This document shows positions 28,801 to 38,700 of a stretch of DNA of 64,000 bases, one piece after another. The notes below the pieces were generated by a model that was given only the letters and a program-made list of their open reading frames with translations, did not search any database and was not told the origin of the DNA. This stretch comes from a virus: IMG/VR virus record IMGVR_UViG_3300012954_000010, positions 1 through 64,000 of that record; one strand, 5' to 3'. A program made the position numbers and the translations under genes. Each line of letters starts with the position of its first letter. The first letter of the stretch is position 1.

Positions 28801-30928
28801 TAACCATGAGGGTTTTGTTTGATGTATATACACCAGTAGAGGTTCCTTCTACAACACCATATGCTCCAGAACTCAATCCATAAACATATTGCCCTGGCGT
28901 GAAACTTCCTGCTGCAGTGATTGGTTCATCAAGTAGAATCTTAGTAAAGAAAGTTGGATCAAAATAAGACAGACTAAAGGTAGAGTTGTACGTTGGATCT
29001 CCATTTGGTAGGCGTCCTTTCGAGGAAACAACATCTGTGTCTGTATTGAAACCAGATCCTTTTTCTAACAGAGTAAAGTTACTTGGTTTTGCAATACCGA
29101 TTACTGGTGTGATAGTTTCGTTGTAGTCAACGATTTGACCGAATGGAATTGATCCTGAAGTTTCTGCGTCAGATTTGCTATAATATAGGTATCTAATTTT
29201 ATTAGGATCTCCTTCATCATACTCAAGCATGAAGTTATCAAGGAAATCTTTCTGTGCTGTAATAGTAACTTCTAAGAAAGTAACTGTAGGGTCAGAGTTA
29301 ATTTCAATTCTAGGAACTTTTGCGTAAGAAATTACAGAAACTGTATTGACAACAGATGGTGTTCCAGATGTATTTCTTGCCTGAACAAACCATAGAGTTC
29401 CAATTTCATTGACAAAATTATCACCTGTCAATCCAGCAACCACTGTTGCATAGTTGTTCTCAACTGCAATATAGATGGTCTTGATACCTTGATTGATATC
29501 AAAGAAAGTTCCTCTTCTGGAAAGAGTCTGTTTTACTGCACTAGATGCCTCTGTATCGTTTAGACCTAGAGAACCATCATTAAATGATGCAGATAGATAT
29601 AGATCTGGATATGCAGTTAGTTCGCTTCCCTCTGCATTTAGAGGTACACTATTGAATGTGTTTGTAATTCTGTAAGTAGGAAGACCTTTAGTCTTAATAC
29701 GAATATCTTCTCTGTTAAGAGTTTCTCTCGCTTTATCAATAGGAATGTATTTGGTTTCTTTGTTTACAATTTCAAAACCTTTTACATATGCCTTACCAGG
29801 ACCAACACTAGCAAGTAGTTTAGAATCTGCATCATCTGGAGATAGACCATTTACTGTGCCATCTGCTTCTAATGGATAGATGCCTTGATTGTTATCTCTC
29901 TGGTAGTATTCTCTTACATTAAGAGAGAAATTGTCAACAACATAGTCTCCAGACTCGTCAAATGTTCTTCTAGCTAGAGTTTGCTCTAGTAGATTGTAGT
30001 CAGTCTGAGATACTTGTGATTGGATAACACCACTTCTTACAGACAAAAGTTTGATGAAGTTACTATCAGTCTTTTGGTCTAATGCGTATGAAATGAGACT
30101 CAGTTTGATACTAAGTCTATGTGCTCCAGGTGCTGAATAATTGGATGATCCAATTGAATTATCATATAGAGAAGCATCCTCTTCTGGAGTTACAATGCTC
30201 TCTGAAATTTTAAAACCAACTTTTGCAGATGGTTTGTTGTAATACTTGTCAACAATTAATAGTTGTGCGTCATTTCTAACGAAATAACCATTGACAAAAT
30301 AGATACCTTCTTCTACTTTAACAGCAGAAGCAAATCCCATAGCAGGACTTTCTATTGAAGAAGTCTCACCTGTATCAGGATTCTCAATTGTGATACTAGT
30401 TGGTAGGACACTTCCGTCAGTTCCAACAACCATCAGAGGTGTATTGATGCCGTCTACAACCTCTACAGTTTCACCTTGTCTGAATGTTTCTTCATTACCA
30501 GCGTCACCACTAGTTGTGTAGTTTACAAATAAAACATCAGAAGCAGTATCAGTAGCAATTGCAGAAGACACAACAGTTGCTACAACACCAGAAGTCAGAC
30601 CCCTTACCTGCCTTCCGTCGAGTTGTGTGATGTCATACTTTTTGTAAACAATCTGACCATCCTGATTGACAGGAATCTCAGAAACAGAAGACAGTTTGAC
30701 ATATGGGAGTTTGGTATTGAAACCAACCTCACCAGGAATTACCAGTTCTCCCTGCTTGAAAGCATACTTACCGAACTGTTCAATCTGATTCTGCAATAAA
30801 GATTGCAGCTGAGTAAGCTCCCTGCCTTGGATAGCATACCCAGGACGGAAAAGAACTTTATAAAAATTTTTATCAGAATCGAAATCGTCGTAGTAGGGAG
30901 CTACATTTAGATTAGTCTTTTGTGGCAT
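22811..30928 (-). CDS. Large VrlC-like (DUF4815-like) baseplate/virion structural protein
   Basis: MPQKTNLNVAPYYDDF...FRPG..IQGRELTQLQ, RRYTMRDIGKLEKRIERLEYYT and RFKSGFLVDNF; lies directly after gp8. Confidence 0.85.
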   Translation of the reverse strand: MPQKTNLNVAPYYDDFDSDKNFYKVLFRPGYAIQGRELTQLQSLLQNQIEQFGKYAFKQGELVIPGEVGFNTKLPYVKLSSVSEIPVNQDGQIVYKKYDITQLDGRQVRGLTSGVVATVVSSAIATDTASDVLFVNYTTSGDAGNEETFRQGETVEVVDGINTPLMVVGTDGSVLPTSITIENPDTGETSSIESPAMGFASAVKVEEGIYFVNGYFVRNDAQLLIVDKYYNKPSAKVGFKISESIVTPEEDASLYDNSIGSSNYSAPGAHRLSIKLSLISYALDQKTDSNFIKLLSVRSGVIQSQVSQTDYNLLEQTLARRTFDESGDYVVDNFSLNVREYYQRDNNQGIYPLEADGTVNGLSPDDADSKLLASVGPGKAYVKGFEIVNKETKYIPIDKARETLNREDIRIKTKGLPTYRITNTFNSVPLNAEGSELTAYPDLYLSASFNDGSLGLNDTEASSAVKQTLSRRGTFFDINQGIKTIYIAVENNYATVVAGLTGDNFVNEIGTLWFVQARNTSGTPSVVNTVSVISYAKVPRIEINSDPTVTFLEVTITAQKDFLDNFMLEYDEGDPNKIRYLYYSKSDAETSGSIPFGQIVDYNETITPVIGIAKPSNFTLLEKGSGFNTDTDVVSSKGRLPNGDPTYNSTFSLSYFDPTFFTKILLDEPITAAGSFTPGQYVYGLSSGAYGVVEGTSTGVYTSNKTLMVKGLFGNFVSGEVIVDEGNNSLRIAKDNTISHFITNDKGANYVQGTILRIDGVEYDSAKIKVNLSGSGSIFKVQVINRDAVNVEYSQPPLVEVIQGFGGGNPSAAVITPVLVRDAVTTYTPQNVKSFYAEFGSGNNNVFTSDIEINEAKYSEVISVTDFTFTGYKGRKYIECTGFGGDASTFLQQGDLVQFTDDSGELLRAVVQRATTPAGVLKSRVYFDRSLPENLTNGTVVRVRPAIDNFNQGSLLYKTGSSQVSSIVASSEDSKIKYFSRRDFVSTGAGGQGVITFAAQLPFGTQRFVSFSESNFVVTVLDAGDAPDIVDGDIVYIKSSQVEIKASTDAASGLTSGSVKLSLPNNYFGTIPIGGTYPTLKLTATLEVSKAKPRLKTANVNKRIIIESTGDRVIPFRGRDYDTDSLDVYSYSDAYKLRYVYEGSPTEPPVVDRNGNLVNGIDITNRFTFDDGQRDTIYDISRIVIKPGFEPPAGQLVVAFDYFEHTNGDFVTVDSYLHEAGVGAGEIPSFNSPTLGKVNLKDVLDFRPKIDNDAIVSGFQNKSILSAPNSRSYTGTGGIVSSTPAPDKNLEFTFSFTQTQYLDRIDGVFLNQKGQFIIKEGNSSLNPSKPDPISDAIALYYMYIPAFTQTSKDVRITSVDNRRYTMRDIGKLEKRIERLEYYTTLSILEQQALNMQVTDSAGFNRFKSGFLVDNFESHKIGSLRSLDYRCSIDTQQSVLRPQSREDSINLEEVFSRDDERSVAGYQRTSDVVTLPYSELELLGNGFATKTVNPNPFVVLSYVGDSFVAPSVDTWYDTSVAPLVTDDNTNVNTIFLAKEELQDAFSSLHNSYQINWIGANQSFFNINSFADVNSNVADSSVTTAAVGSSSNISPQNNEIGKGLATKGVGSSVISTALSFYARSIPVQYKINRLKPNTRIHVFMEGQNIARWVNPDLKYTGIAGNSLSAFNGEITTDANGNASGIILVPAGKPPRENAIWTGSVDTVSYDSDASEVRFTTGVKTIRFTSSDVDADKDTVDTYAEVKFYATGIVPENPSGIVSTRPAFFKANEGLQEVKSNTDEKVRPNPFAQTFKVENFDGGVFATSVDLFFSKKDTNIPLRVYLTDVVTGKPGKNIIPGTQKVLEPETFLKVVANDTLTLNKDEIVTGATSNASGPVSRLIDKNNIEVVPSATGIFTLTNDQCYTLVLSNNNGTAFVQDETLNVTSITEANNLNNTQLSLKIAKDSGRLTGMKVTNTGSNYDSAIITVESPQLPGGSNATATVRVSGGRVYHSEITLQGSGYTEPPAVVLRGTGSGNAGAVIESEITIDTPAVRMGVAIDVAGNTASITPTKFVFDYPVYLENDTEYALAIETDSIDYELWASRLSETDVATSQIVTTQPLLGSLFKSQNADDWKEDLFEDIKFVLNRAEFDISRTASLLLTNEDLGYEALESHPIETNAESNTTATSDLFKNNNNVVKISHRDNGFDSGNSYVFFKNAENVGGITGSQLNTELYQVSNNGVDYYNITSNAKASANAFGGGDSVLATYNRKFEKLYAAIPNLTFGQTKIDSFIKTTNLSPVDDNVQTFASYSQTDYEKTFLNEDFFFINQKIVASKINETINNIDNSLVYKLDLSSTVSYLSPLVDLSRASVKTITNRVENPSGKESRFGRRDQILSFFPVFSMTVAGVDPSEVISLDQRVTGGTTKAEGIVVKVDGSTVFIKLVSVNTFIPREELSFSSDTFQNTITVGDTGVTKFLFEIPNTVAPPTYVTARNPSVPAQTYDNTIAGKIVLWNANLEKLTIVNDKQPLNNDYTGRIIDSQSFTRNASVDAQLDDIFRVGDLLSYPNQPDDESRFIEVSSIEYTDGVDFISEIQSKNSSGISKYVTKEVAIENPATSVNVKLTANVSDIENLKVLFKIKKSSSQENFEDIEWAYFNGTGVPDVDLIATSENAISGITEKQASYQELSYSVENLPEFSSFAVKIVMKSSNPAFVPKIQDMRAVASY

Positions 30929-30953
30929 CTCAACCAGTCTCTAAGGTGTTCGT

Positions 30954-32714
30954 TTAGAACTCGATTACTAGCTTGATGTCCTCAATTTGGTCAGCAGCTC
31001 TAGTAATCTGTCTTCTATTCTCTATGTATACGATTTCCCCAGAGTTAGGTTCGATTTCTGGTGATGCGAGACCGCCAGTAAACGCAATGTCAGACACGGT
31101 TCCATTTTCAGAAGTATCTACATTACCAGATGTTGTAGAAGATGCACCGATAATAGCGTTAGCAGCGTTAGATTCAAATGCTCTAACTACACCACTGTCA
31201 CTATGTAGTTCAGGTGATTGGTAATACTTCAGAACTCCAGTAGATGCATCCCAGGAAACAACCTTACCGTATGCAGTACCACCTGTTACAGCTTGGAAAA
31301 TATCTTCATCAACGGTATAATCAGAAGATGCGCCAGTTACAACCATGGAATATGTTCCACGAAGTGTTGCACTGTCAGCAAAATCTGTAGTACCAAAATC
31401 ATATGGGTCTTGGATGATACCAATGCGACGGAAATCATTATCTACAGGGAAATCGCCAGCGCCTTCATCATAGGTTAGGCGAATGTTTGTCATGATTCTC
31501 TTCGCAAACATTTCGTTCTCTGCGTCGGAACCATGTCCTCCTTTTGGAGAAATAACCAATTCAATAGCAGCAGTTCCACTGAATGCACCAGCAGCTGCAG
31601 TAAGACCAGAGTCAGTGTAGACTTGTCCAGTCTCAAGTAGTAGATTGCCGTAAGAATATCCAGTACCAACAGAATACATTGATGCCGCTGTAACAGTTCC
31701 AGAAGCGTCTGTGGTAAGTTCTACTACAGCACCGCTACCATCGCCCTTAACAGATGTGTAAAGGGTGTCAGAAGCAGGTAGACCGCTGCCACCATCTTTA
31801 ACTACAGCAACATGGATAGCACCATCAACTGCAAGTGCTTCTACTTGTGTTCTGCTGAGTTCTGTGGACTCAACAATAGGCATGAAGTCTGTAGACAAGA
31901 ATGCTAGAACATCACCAGTAGGAACAGTGAACATATGTTTCCAGATGTATCCTGCCGTTCCAGCGGGTTCAGTGTAGATGCCATTTGCAAAGGAACCCTG
32001 ACCAGAAGAAGGTTGAGACTTTGGTTCGTATGTGGCATTCTGACCAGTTGGATTGGCTGCACCTTCACCATTAAAGAGGCACTTGAATACTTCATACTGA
32101 GAGTTCATCACATAAAACTTACCTTCGGACAACGAAGATTGTCCTGTAGCTGTATCTTTACCAACTGAACCGCCACCACCAGGGGTAGGAGCGTAGTTAG
32201 GACGATACATGTCAAACTTTGGATTCAGAGTTAGGTTCCAGTTGTAGCGAGGAACAACGAGTCTTGCAAATGGTCCAGTGATTCTCTTGGCAGCAATCAG
32301 TTCATTATAGATTGCAAGTTTCTCGGAATAGTTGTCTAGTGGAGCAGGAGGTGCTTCTTCGGTGGCGTATCTATAAGTTCCAGACTTGGCAGTAGCACTG
32401 GATGTAGCGCCTGTTAGTGTCGTACCAAACGATGGCGTTGTAGTAGCAGTAGGCAGAACATTGTTAACGAGAATACTATTCTCATTGACCTCTGCAACAG
32501 TTGCGGACCATCCACCACCTGAGACGGTTTCACCAACAACGAAGGTGCCGCTAATGTTGAAGATCTCTACATAAGCGTCCCATCTTGCAGATCTTCCAAC
32601 GAAGAAATACATCCTAGTACGAGCAGCATCTGCATCGTTAGCGCCTTCGCTTAAGGATTCTAGGAATTGTTTCGCGTTGAAAATTCTGAATTTTTCTGAA
32701 ATAATAGCTGCCAT
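30954..32714 (-). CDS. gp8: Baseplate wedge subunit gp8
   Basis: MAAIISEKFRIFNA, FYVMNSQYEVFKCL, GYIWKHMF, FLSTDFMP, SGEIVYIENR..I.RA.DQIEDIKLVIEF. Confidence 0.9.
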   Translation of the reverse strand: MAAIISEKFRIFNAKQFLESLSEGANDADAARTRMYFFVGRSARWDAYVEIFNISGTFVVGETVSGGGWSATVAEVNENSILVNNVLPTATTTPSFGTTLTGATSSATAKSGTYRYATEEAPPAPLDNYSEKLAIYNELIAAKRITGPFARLVVPRYNWNLTLNPKFDMYRPNYAPTPGGGGSVGKDTATGQSSLSEGKFYVMNSQYEVFKCLFNGEGAANPTGQNATYEPKSQPSSGQGSFANGIYTEPAGTAGYIWKHMFTVPTGDVLAFLSTDFMPIVESTELSRTQVEALAVDGAIHVAVVKDGGSGLPASDTLYTSVKGDGSGAVVELTTDASGTVTAASMYSVGTGYSYGNLLLETGQVYTDSGLTAAAGAFSGTAAIELVISPKGGHGSDAENEMFAKRIMTNIRLTYDEGAGDFPVDNDFRRIGIIQDPYDFGTTDFADSATLRGTYSMVVTGASSDYTVDEDIFQAVTGGTAYGKVVSWDASTGVLKYYQSPELHSDSGVVRAFESNAANAIIGASSTTSGNVDTSENGTVSDIAFTGGLASPEIEPNSGEIVYIENRRQITRAADQIEDIKLVIEF

Positions 32715-32750
32715 AGCACTAGTGCCCGTTTGATAAGACTGAATCCGAGT

Positions 32751-32767
32751 TATTTATATTTATTTAG
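32751..32767 (-). promoter_or_regulatory. Late promoter cluster upstream of gp8
   Basis: TATAAATA at 32751-32758 plus an adjacent CTAAATA. Confidence 0.8.
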
Positions 32768-35700
32768 GAGAGTAGTCGGATGTACTCTCCAACTGCATGG
32801 AACTCTGTAGGAGTGCCATTGATGCCACGATCGACACCAAGTAAACGATCAGATAACTTAGATGTATAAGTCATCTGCTCTCTACCAACCAGGATAGTTC
32901 CTGATGCTGGTAGTTTATCTGTATTACAGTAAACAATATTGTTAGTTTCAGTGAAGTCATAATCAACATTCTTGATCCATTTAAACTGACCAATCTGATT
33001 GTTGTATGCACTGATATCAAAGTTTGGTTTCAACACAATTCCCTGAACATTAGGATCAGCAGTGCCTCTGAATACATCATAGTATCCGTATCCAGTTTGG
33101 AATGCTTTGTTCTGAATTCTGTCTTGAAGGTTAGGAGCATTACTGTCGTTAGCAAATCCAGTTAGTGAATCACCAGAGTAATAGTTATTCAGTACAACTG
33201 GACCTGGACCCCATTCAACATAAATGCCATCCGTCTGCAGTAGACTTGTTCCAGGGAAGGTGCCAGAACCGCTAATGTTGCTGCGGAAACTAGTCACCGC
33301 ATCTGTACCAGCTGCTACAGAAACATATAAGAATACTGCACCATTATATATCTTGTAATATCCATCTGGAGAAGGATCTGGGTATCCAGAAGCAGAAATG
33401 TAACTATTATCAAATATATCAGCACCTGTGTATCTTCCAGGAATGTCGTCAGTCTGCAACTGAGTTAAGTAGTCGTTAATAGATCCTGTAACAAATGGTG
33501 GTTTAAAGTATGGATCGTTGAATTGATCAATAGTAATTCCATATCTGTCAAGTTCCTCAATTGACAAACCAGACACAGGAATTCCTGCAGCAGAAACAAT
33601 GTTTCCATAGTTCTGGAAGATTTGGAATGATCCTGCATTAGGTCCAAACTGATCAGGAGCAACAAACTGGTATCCAAATGTTTTTGCAGATATTGTGGTC
33701 AATACTGGTTGTGATTCTAGAGTTCTATCAATCTCAATTGTTTTGCGAACTGCATCCGTACCAGCAGATACCGTAGATATAGCGTGAACTTGAGATACAG
33801 TAGGTGGGGTGAATACAGTAAACTGTTGCTTGACTAAGAAAGTAGCACTGAAATCAACTTTCTTCTGGATAACCAATTGAACATCAATATCGTTGTATGA
33901 GATTGCTGCTTCGGTAGTGTTGATTGATTCAATGCCTCTATTGAACTCAAATGTAATATTAACTGCAGCTGGAGATGCTTTTTTAATTTTATTTGCAAAT
34001 GCCAGACTTACAAAACTATCAATCTTTCTAGAATTTCCTTTTAGTAGATCATACTTTCTAGCAACAACAATCTTAGGTGCTTCTGTGTAACCAGAACCAG
34101 ATTCAATTAGAACAATGTCTACAATTTGTCCCTTAGATACAATAACTTTTGCTTTTGCACCGCCGCCTTGTCCATTCTGAGGAACAAAGTGTAACACTGG
34201 TGCAGTATCATAACCGTATGCAGTAGTTGGTTGAATAATTCCTTCGTTATAGTATAATGCTAGATCTTTTCTATTCCAATCAACACGAGAAACCTTATCG
34301 CCATCCATAACAGCAGTGGCACTTAAACCAACACCATTAGTATTACCATTGTAATTTGTCGTTGTTACAGATCCAAAATACTCAGAACCAATATACTGAT
34401 TGTCACGGTAATCTTTTGGATTTACAAACTGTGGTAACTTTTTAATAGTTCTGAATTCAAGTTCACCATCAATTTTTACCTTGTCGCCAGCATTTAATCG
34501 TGCAAGACCATTCTTTCTAACATAGAATGAATTATCTGCAAGAACGCTGTCATACAACCAAGGAGAAGAATCTCTCTGCATTCTTCTGTTGCCATTTTCG
34601 TCCAACTGGTATGCAAGTGTTGCTGTTACACCTGAAAGTTGTACCTCATCTGCATAACTAATGTAATCTGTAGAGAAGTACAATTCAGAACTGCCGTTGA
34701 ACACTGGGTTGTTACCAGATACAACTAATTCAATAGTACGATCATTTGTTCTGGAAAGTTTTTTGATTTTACCAATGATGTTTACAGTAGAACCATCTTT
34801 CTGATATACAAACCTTTCTTTATCGTAGTTTATGTTTGTAAATGTGAATACATTATCGTATTGATTGGGACTAGAGTCTGAAATGGTCAGAGTTAGTCTG
34901 TTTAAGTATGTGTTCGGTTCAAAATCGTGTAATGCGATAGATTGATCTAGTTCTCGTCCATACAATAGTATTAATTCAATATTGTTGTAATCATATACTT
35001 TTCTAGTAAAACGAATCGCTGGACCGTTGATGCTGTATGCATCACGACGCTGCATGACACCATCAATGAATACAAACATGTATCTAGGATCGTCTACAGT
35101 TTGTACATTATCATCTTCTTTCCTAATAATAATGAATGGACCAGCAGAACCATCCAGGATACCTGAGGTATCTAACTTGCATCGCTTGTAGTTACCTACA
35201 CCATGCATTGCAATTCTTTCTACCGCTAGTGGTTCCTGCACAGTCTTAACATTCTCACCTTGGTCCCAAATTGGAGCTCCACTGAACACAATTCTGTTTG
35301 GTGTTTGAGTTTTATCGATAAAATACGCACCATCATGCTGTAAAATGCCACTGATGGACACAAACAGGTTCTCATCATCATCTAGGTCAACAACGCCTCC
35401 ATCTTCATAATAAAGATCAAAGATTGTATTCTCGTTATTTGTATAATCAGGTAGAGAGATCTCTACAGTTCCAGGTCCAGTAACCAAAGTAGACTTGATA
35501 CCATCATACAAAGAATCTAGTGCTGAAGCAACTTCTTCACACTCGCTAAGTGTTGCATTGACCAGTAGAGGGTCAGGTAAGATGTTTTTGTTTACATATG
35601 TTTTCAGCGTAGTCCAGTATCCAGTAGAACTTTCATTTTCTGGAGTTGCTACTACTCTATTAGGTCCTCCTTGTAGAATAGTTGTCACTACATTGATATA

Positions 35701-38700
35701 AGATGTAATAGCACTTTCAACATCAGCACAGTATGGTGTTATATTGTCCACTCTGACCAGAGGATCAGTGACTGGAGCAATAATTGTAGAACCAGAGATA
35801 TTGTTTCTCATAGCAAGAATCATGAGATCGCGAGCAACCTCATTTGCATAGATTGTTTCTAGCAATTCACCTTGAATATGATTTAGTTTGTAGTTGTTGA
35901 AATATGCCTCTGCAAATTCAACAACTTTCTGGGTTCCACCCCAGCGAAGTGAGTATACGATAGCATCTACTAGGATGCCAGTATCTCTGAAGCAGAAGTC
36001 TTCTGCTTCGACCCATTCTTTAATACCAGTGTTAACTGTAGTAGTTGGTGCTGTATTGTTTGTGAGTGCGTCGGTTAGAATACCGAATAGAGTTGTAACC
36101 GCAGAGTTTACGTTTGTGCAGTCAGGAACAAGGATAATACCAGGATCTTGTACTGTACCTCTGTTATTGATTGCTTCGATGCAAAGATCTCTTGCAAAGT
36201 TAAAACCATATATCGATTCTGTTCGTTCTCCATCTAGTGCGTCGTGATTTGTGAAATATCTGTTGGTTGCTGCAATAGTGGCAGAGTTTCCACCCCGACC
36301 AGTATCTTCAGCAACAGCGGCGATAACAATCTTCAAATCTCTTGCACATTTTTCTGTAGCAAATTCTGAACCATACTTAGTATCCAGTTCCGCAATAGTT
36401 TGTGTTACGATGTCTTGTAGATTATCGTAAATAAGTCTTCTTCCATCTTTAAATCTGAAAGCTGCTTCAGGAACTCTAGGATATGTAAACTTAGGATACT
36501 TATCATAGATTCTGTGTGCTGCTTCTCTTTGGATGTTAATTTTGTTTGCTTCAATTAGTGTAGAAGCATCATAGAATGTACCATTATTAAGTCCACTCCA
36601 AATAAATGTCATCTGTGCATTTGCAGAGACATTAATCTGTCCACTTTGAGGTAGTGAAATAGTATATGTTGCACCCTGATCAATTTGAATGAAAATACCA
36701 GGAGCAATCTGTAAAATTGGAGCAGTTGATTGATCAGTAGTTAAAATTTGATTAACAGTTAACTGCTGTAGTGTGTTGGAAATATTGAGAGAAGGTTGAC
36801 TAATTCTAATAGTTCTCTCGTCAATAATTTCAGTAACAGTTGTTGCTGGATTGAATGCTCTACCAGCACTAATCTTCATACCAATAGCAATGTTATCGCT
36901 ATTTGATACAGTAACTAAATCTGTACCAGGAGTCCAACTGACTTGTCTGTCAACAAAGTCCCAGTTACGCATTGCCAACTTACAAAGTCTAACAGCGTAA
37001 TCATATGCTTTGATAGATGCTTCTAATTCTCCGTCGATGTATGCCAGAACACCATCGATAAAATATTTCTCGATAGCATCAATAGTCTTACTGTTACCAC
37101 CAAATCTTAAATCATGCTCAAGTGCTTCAACGACTAATCCAATGTCTCTATAACACTTAGTACCTAGAGTTCCCCATGATAGGTTTGGATATTCATTTTG
37201 AATGTAACCAAGAGTCTCAGATTGAATGAACGCTTTGTTCATTGCTAACTGGTTTGCAGAGTCAATCCATGTACCTTCTCTCTGGTAAATATTTCTGACT
37301 CTCTTCAGATATCTTGCATTTAGAGTTGCATTCTTAAACTCAAAATATCTACAATGGAATGTTACACCAGGAACTTGCTGTCCATCTTTAACACTAGGTC
37401 CTAATGGAGGTGCAGCAAATGTAATTTTGTTTCCATTGACTGTATATGCTCTTCCAGGTTCTTGTAAGATACCATCAAGAGTAATGGTCAATGCTTGCTC
37501 ATTATATGGAGAGATAGTAGCACCAGTATTATCAACTAATGTAAATACGGTTCTACCCTCTAGATTTCCACGGTCTGTAAATGCTCCAGTGAAAGCTCCA
37601 TTTAGATATAGTTCCTTCGCTCTGATCTCTGTCGTATTGAATGTCTCAAGACCAATAGATCCAGCACCACGCTCAATCTTAAGTTGCTCTGTTTTAATAA
37701 CAGATGTAGTAACTTGCTTCTTGGTACTAACAACAGTGATTTTGTTTTTGTTAGGATCCCAGAGTTGTACGATACTAGTGCCGACTGTCTTCGTATTTGG
37801 AGACATAGGTACTGCAGAGTCTGACTCAACCAACACTTCTCCAAATAATTGGAAACCTGCAGGGTGAGTTGTCTTCTTAATTAACTCTCTCCAAGAATTA
37901 ATTGAAGTACGAGACTTAACAACATACGAGTAATCTTGATAATAGAATGAATCAGTTAGTCTTTGGTTAGAAGAACTAACCACACCTTGGTCATCTTGGA
38001 AGCTTCCGATGTTGTCAAAATATGTTTTAATATTTTTATTAAATTTAGAATACGCAATGGTATCCAGTACAGCTGTGTTGCGTCTAGAAATGCCTAAAAT
38101 TTCAATGTTTTCTCTAAACAATCCAGTGATGTCTTTTACGATCAAAATGTTGGATCCTTTTCTCCAAGAAACCACTTTTGCTCTAGCAGTTTCTACACCA
38201 GAATTTGTTTGAATTATTGTTTCGCCAATCCCAAATGCATCTTCTCTAAAATTAGATACTTTGAAAATATAATTTGATCTGATAGTTGAACTTAGAGTCT
38301 TATCATTATGGTAAGATCCACCATTGTTAATGATTCTTACATTTCTAGGCAAACCAATTGTTTCACTGGTAAGGTAAACTCTTACATCAGACTCAACAAT
38401 ATTAATTGTTGGTGGAGTAGTATAACCAGAACCAGGATGCTTAACTACAATACCAGTTACTCTTCCCTGATCTTGTACAACTTCCAGTAAAGCATTACCT
38501 TCAACAATTGCTTTTGCTTTCGAGTAGTTAGATCCATTGTTAGTTACTACGACAGCAGACAAAGATCCATCTACAATATCTGCTGTTGCCTTTGCAACAT
38601 ATGTCGGTGTTGGTAACACACCAGTTACAATAGGAAGTTTTCTATACTCGGTTCCAGTGTTGATTACATTGACAGTGTTAATCTCACCAACTGAGAACTG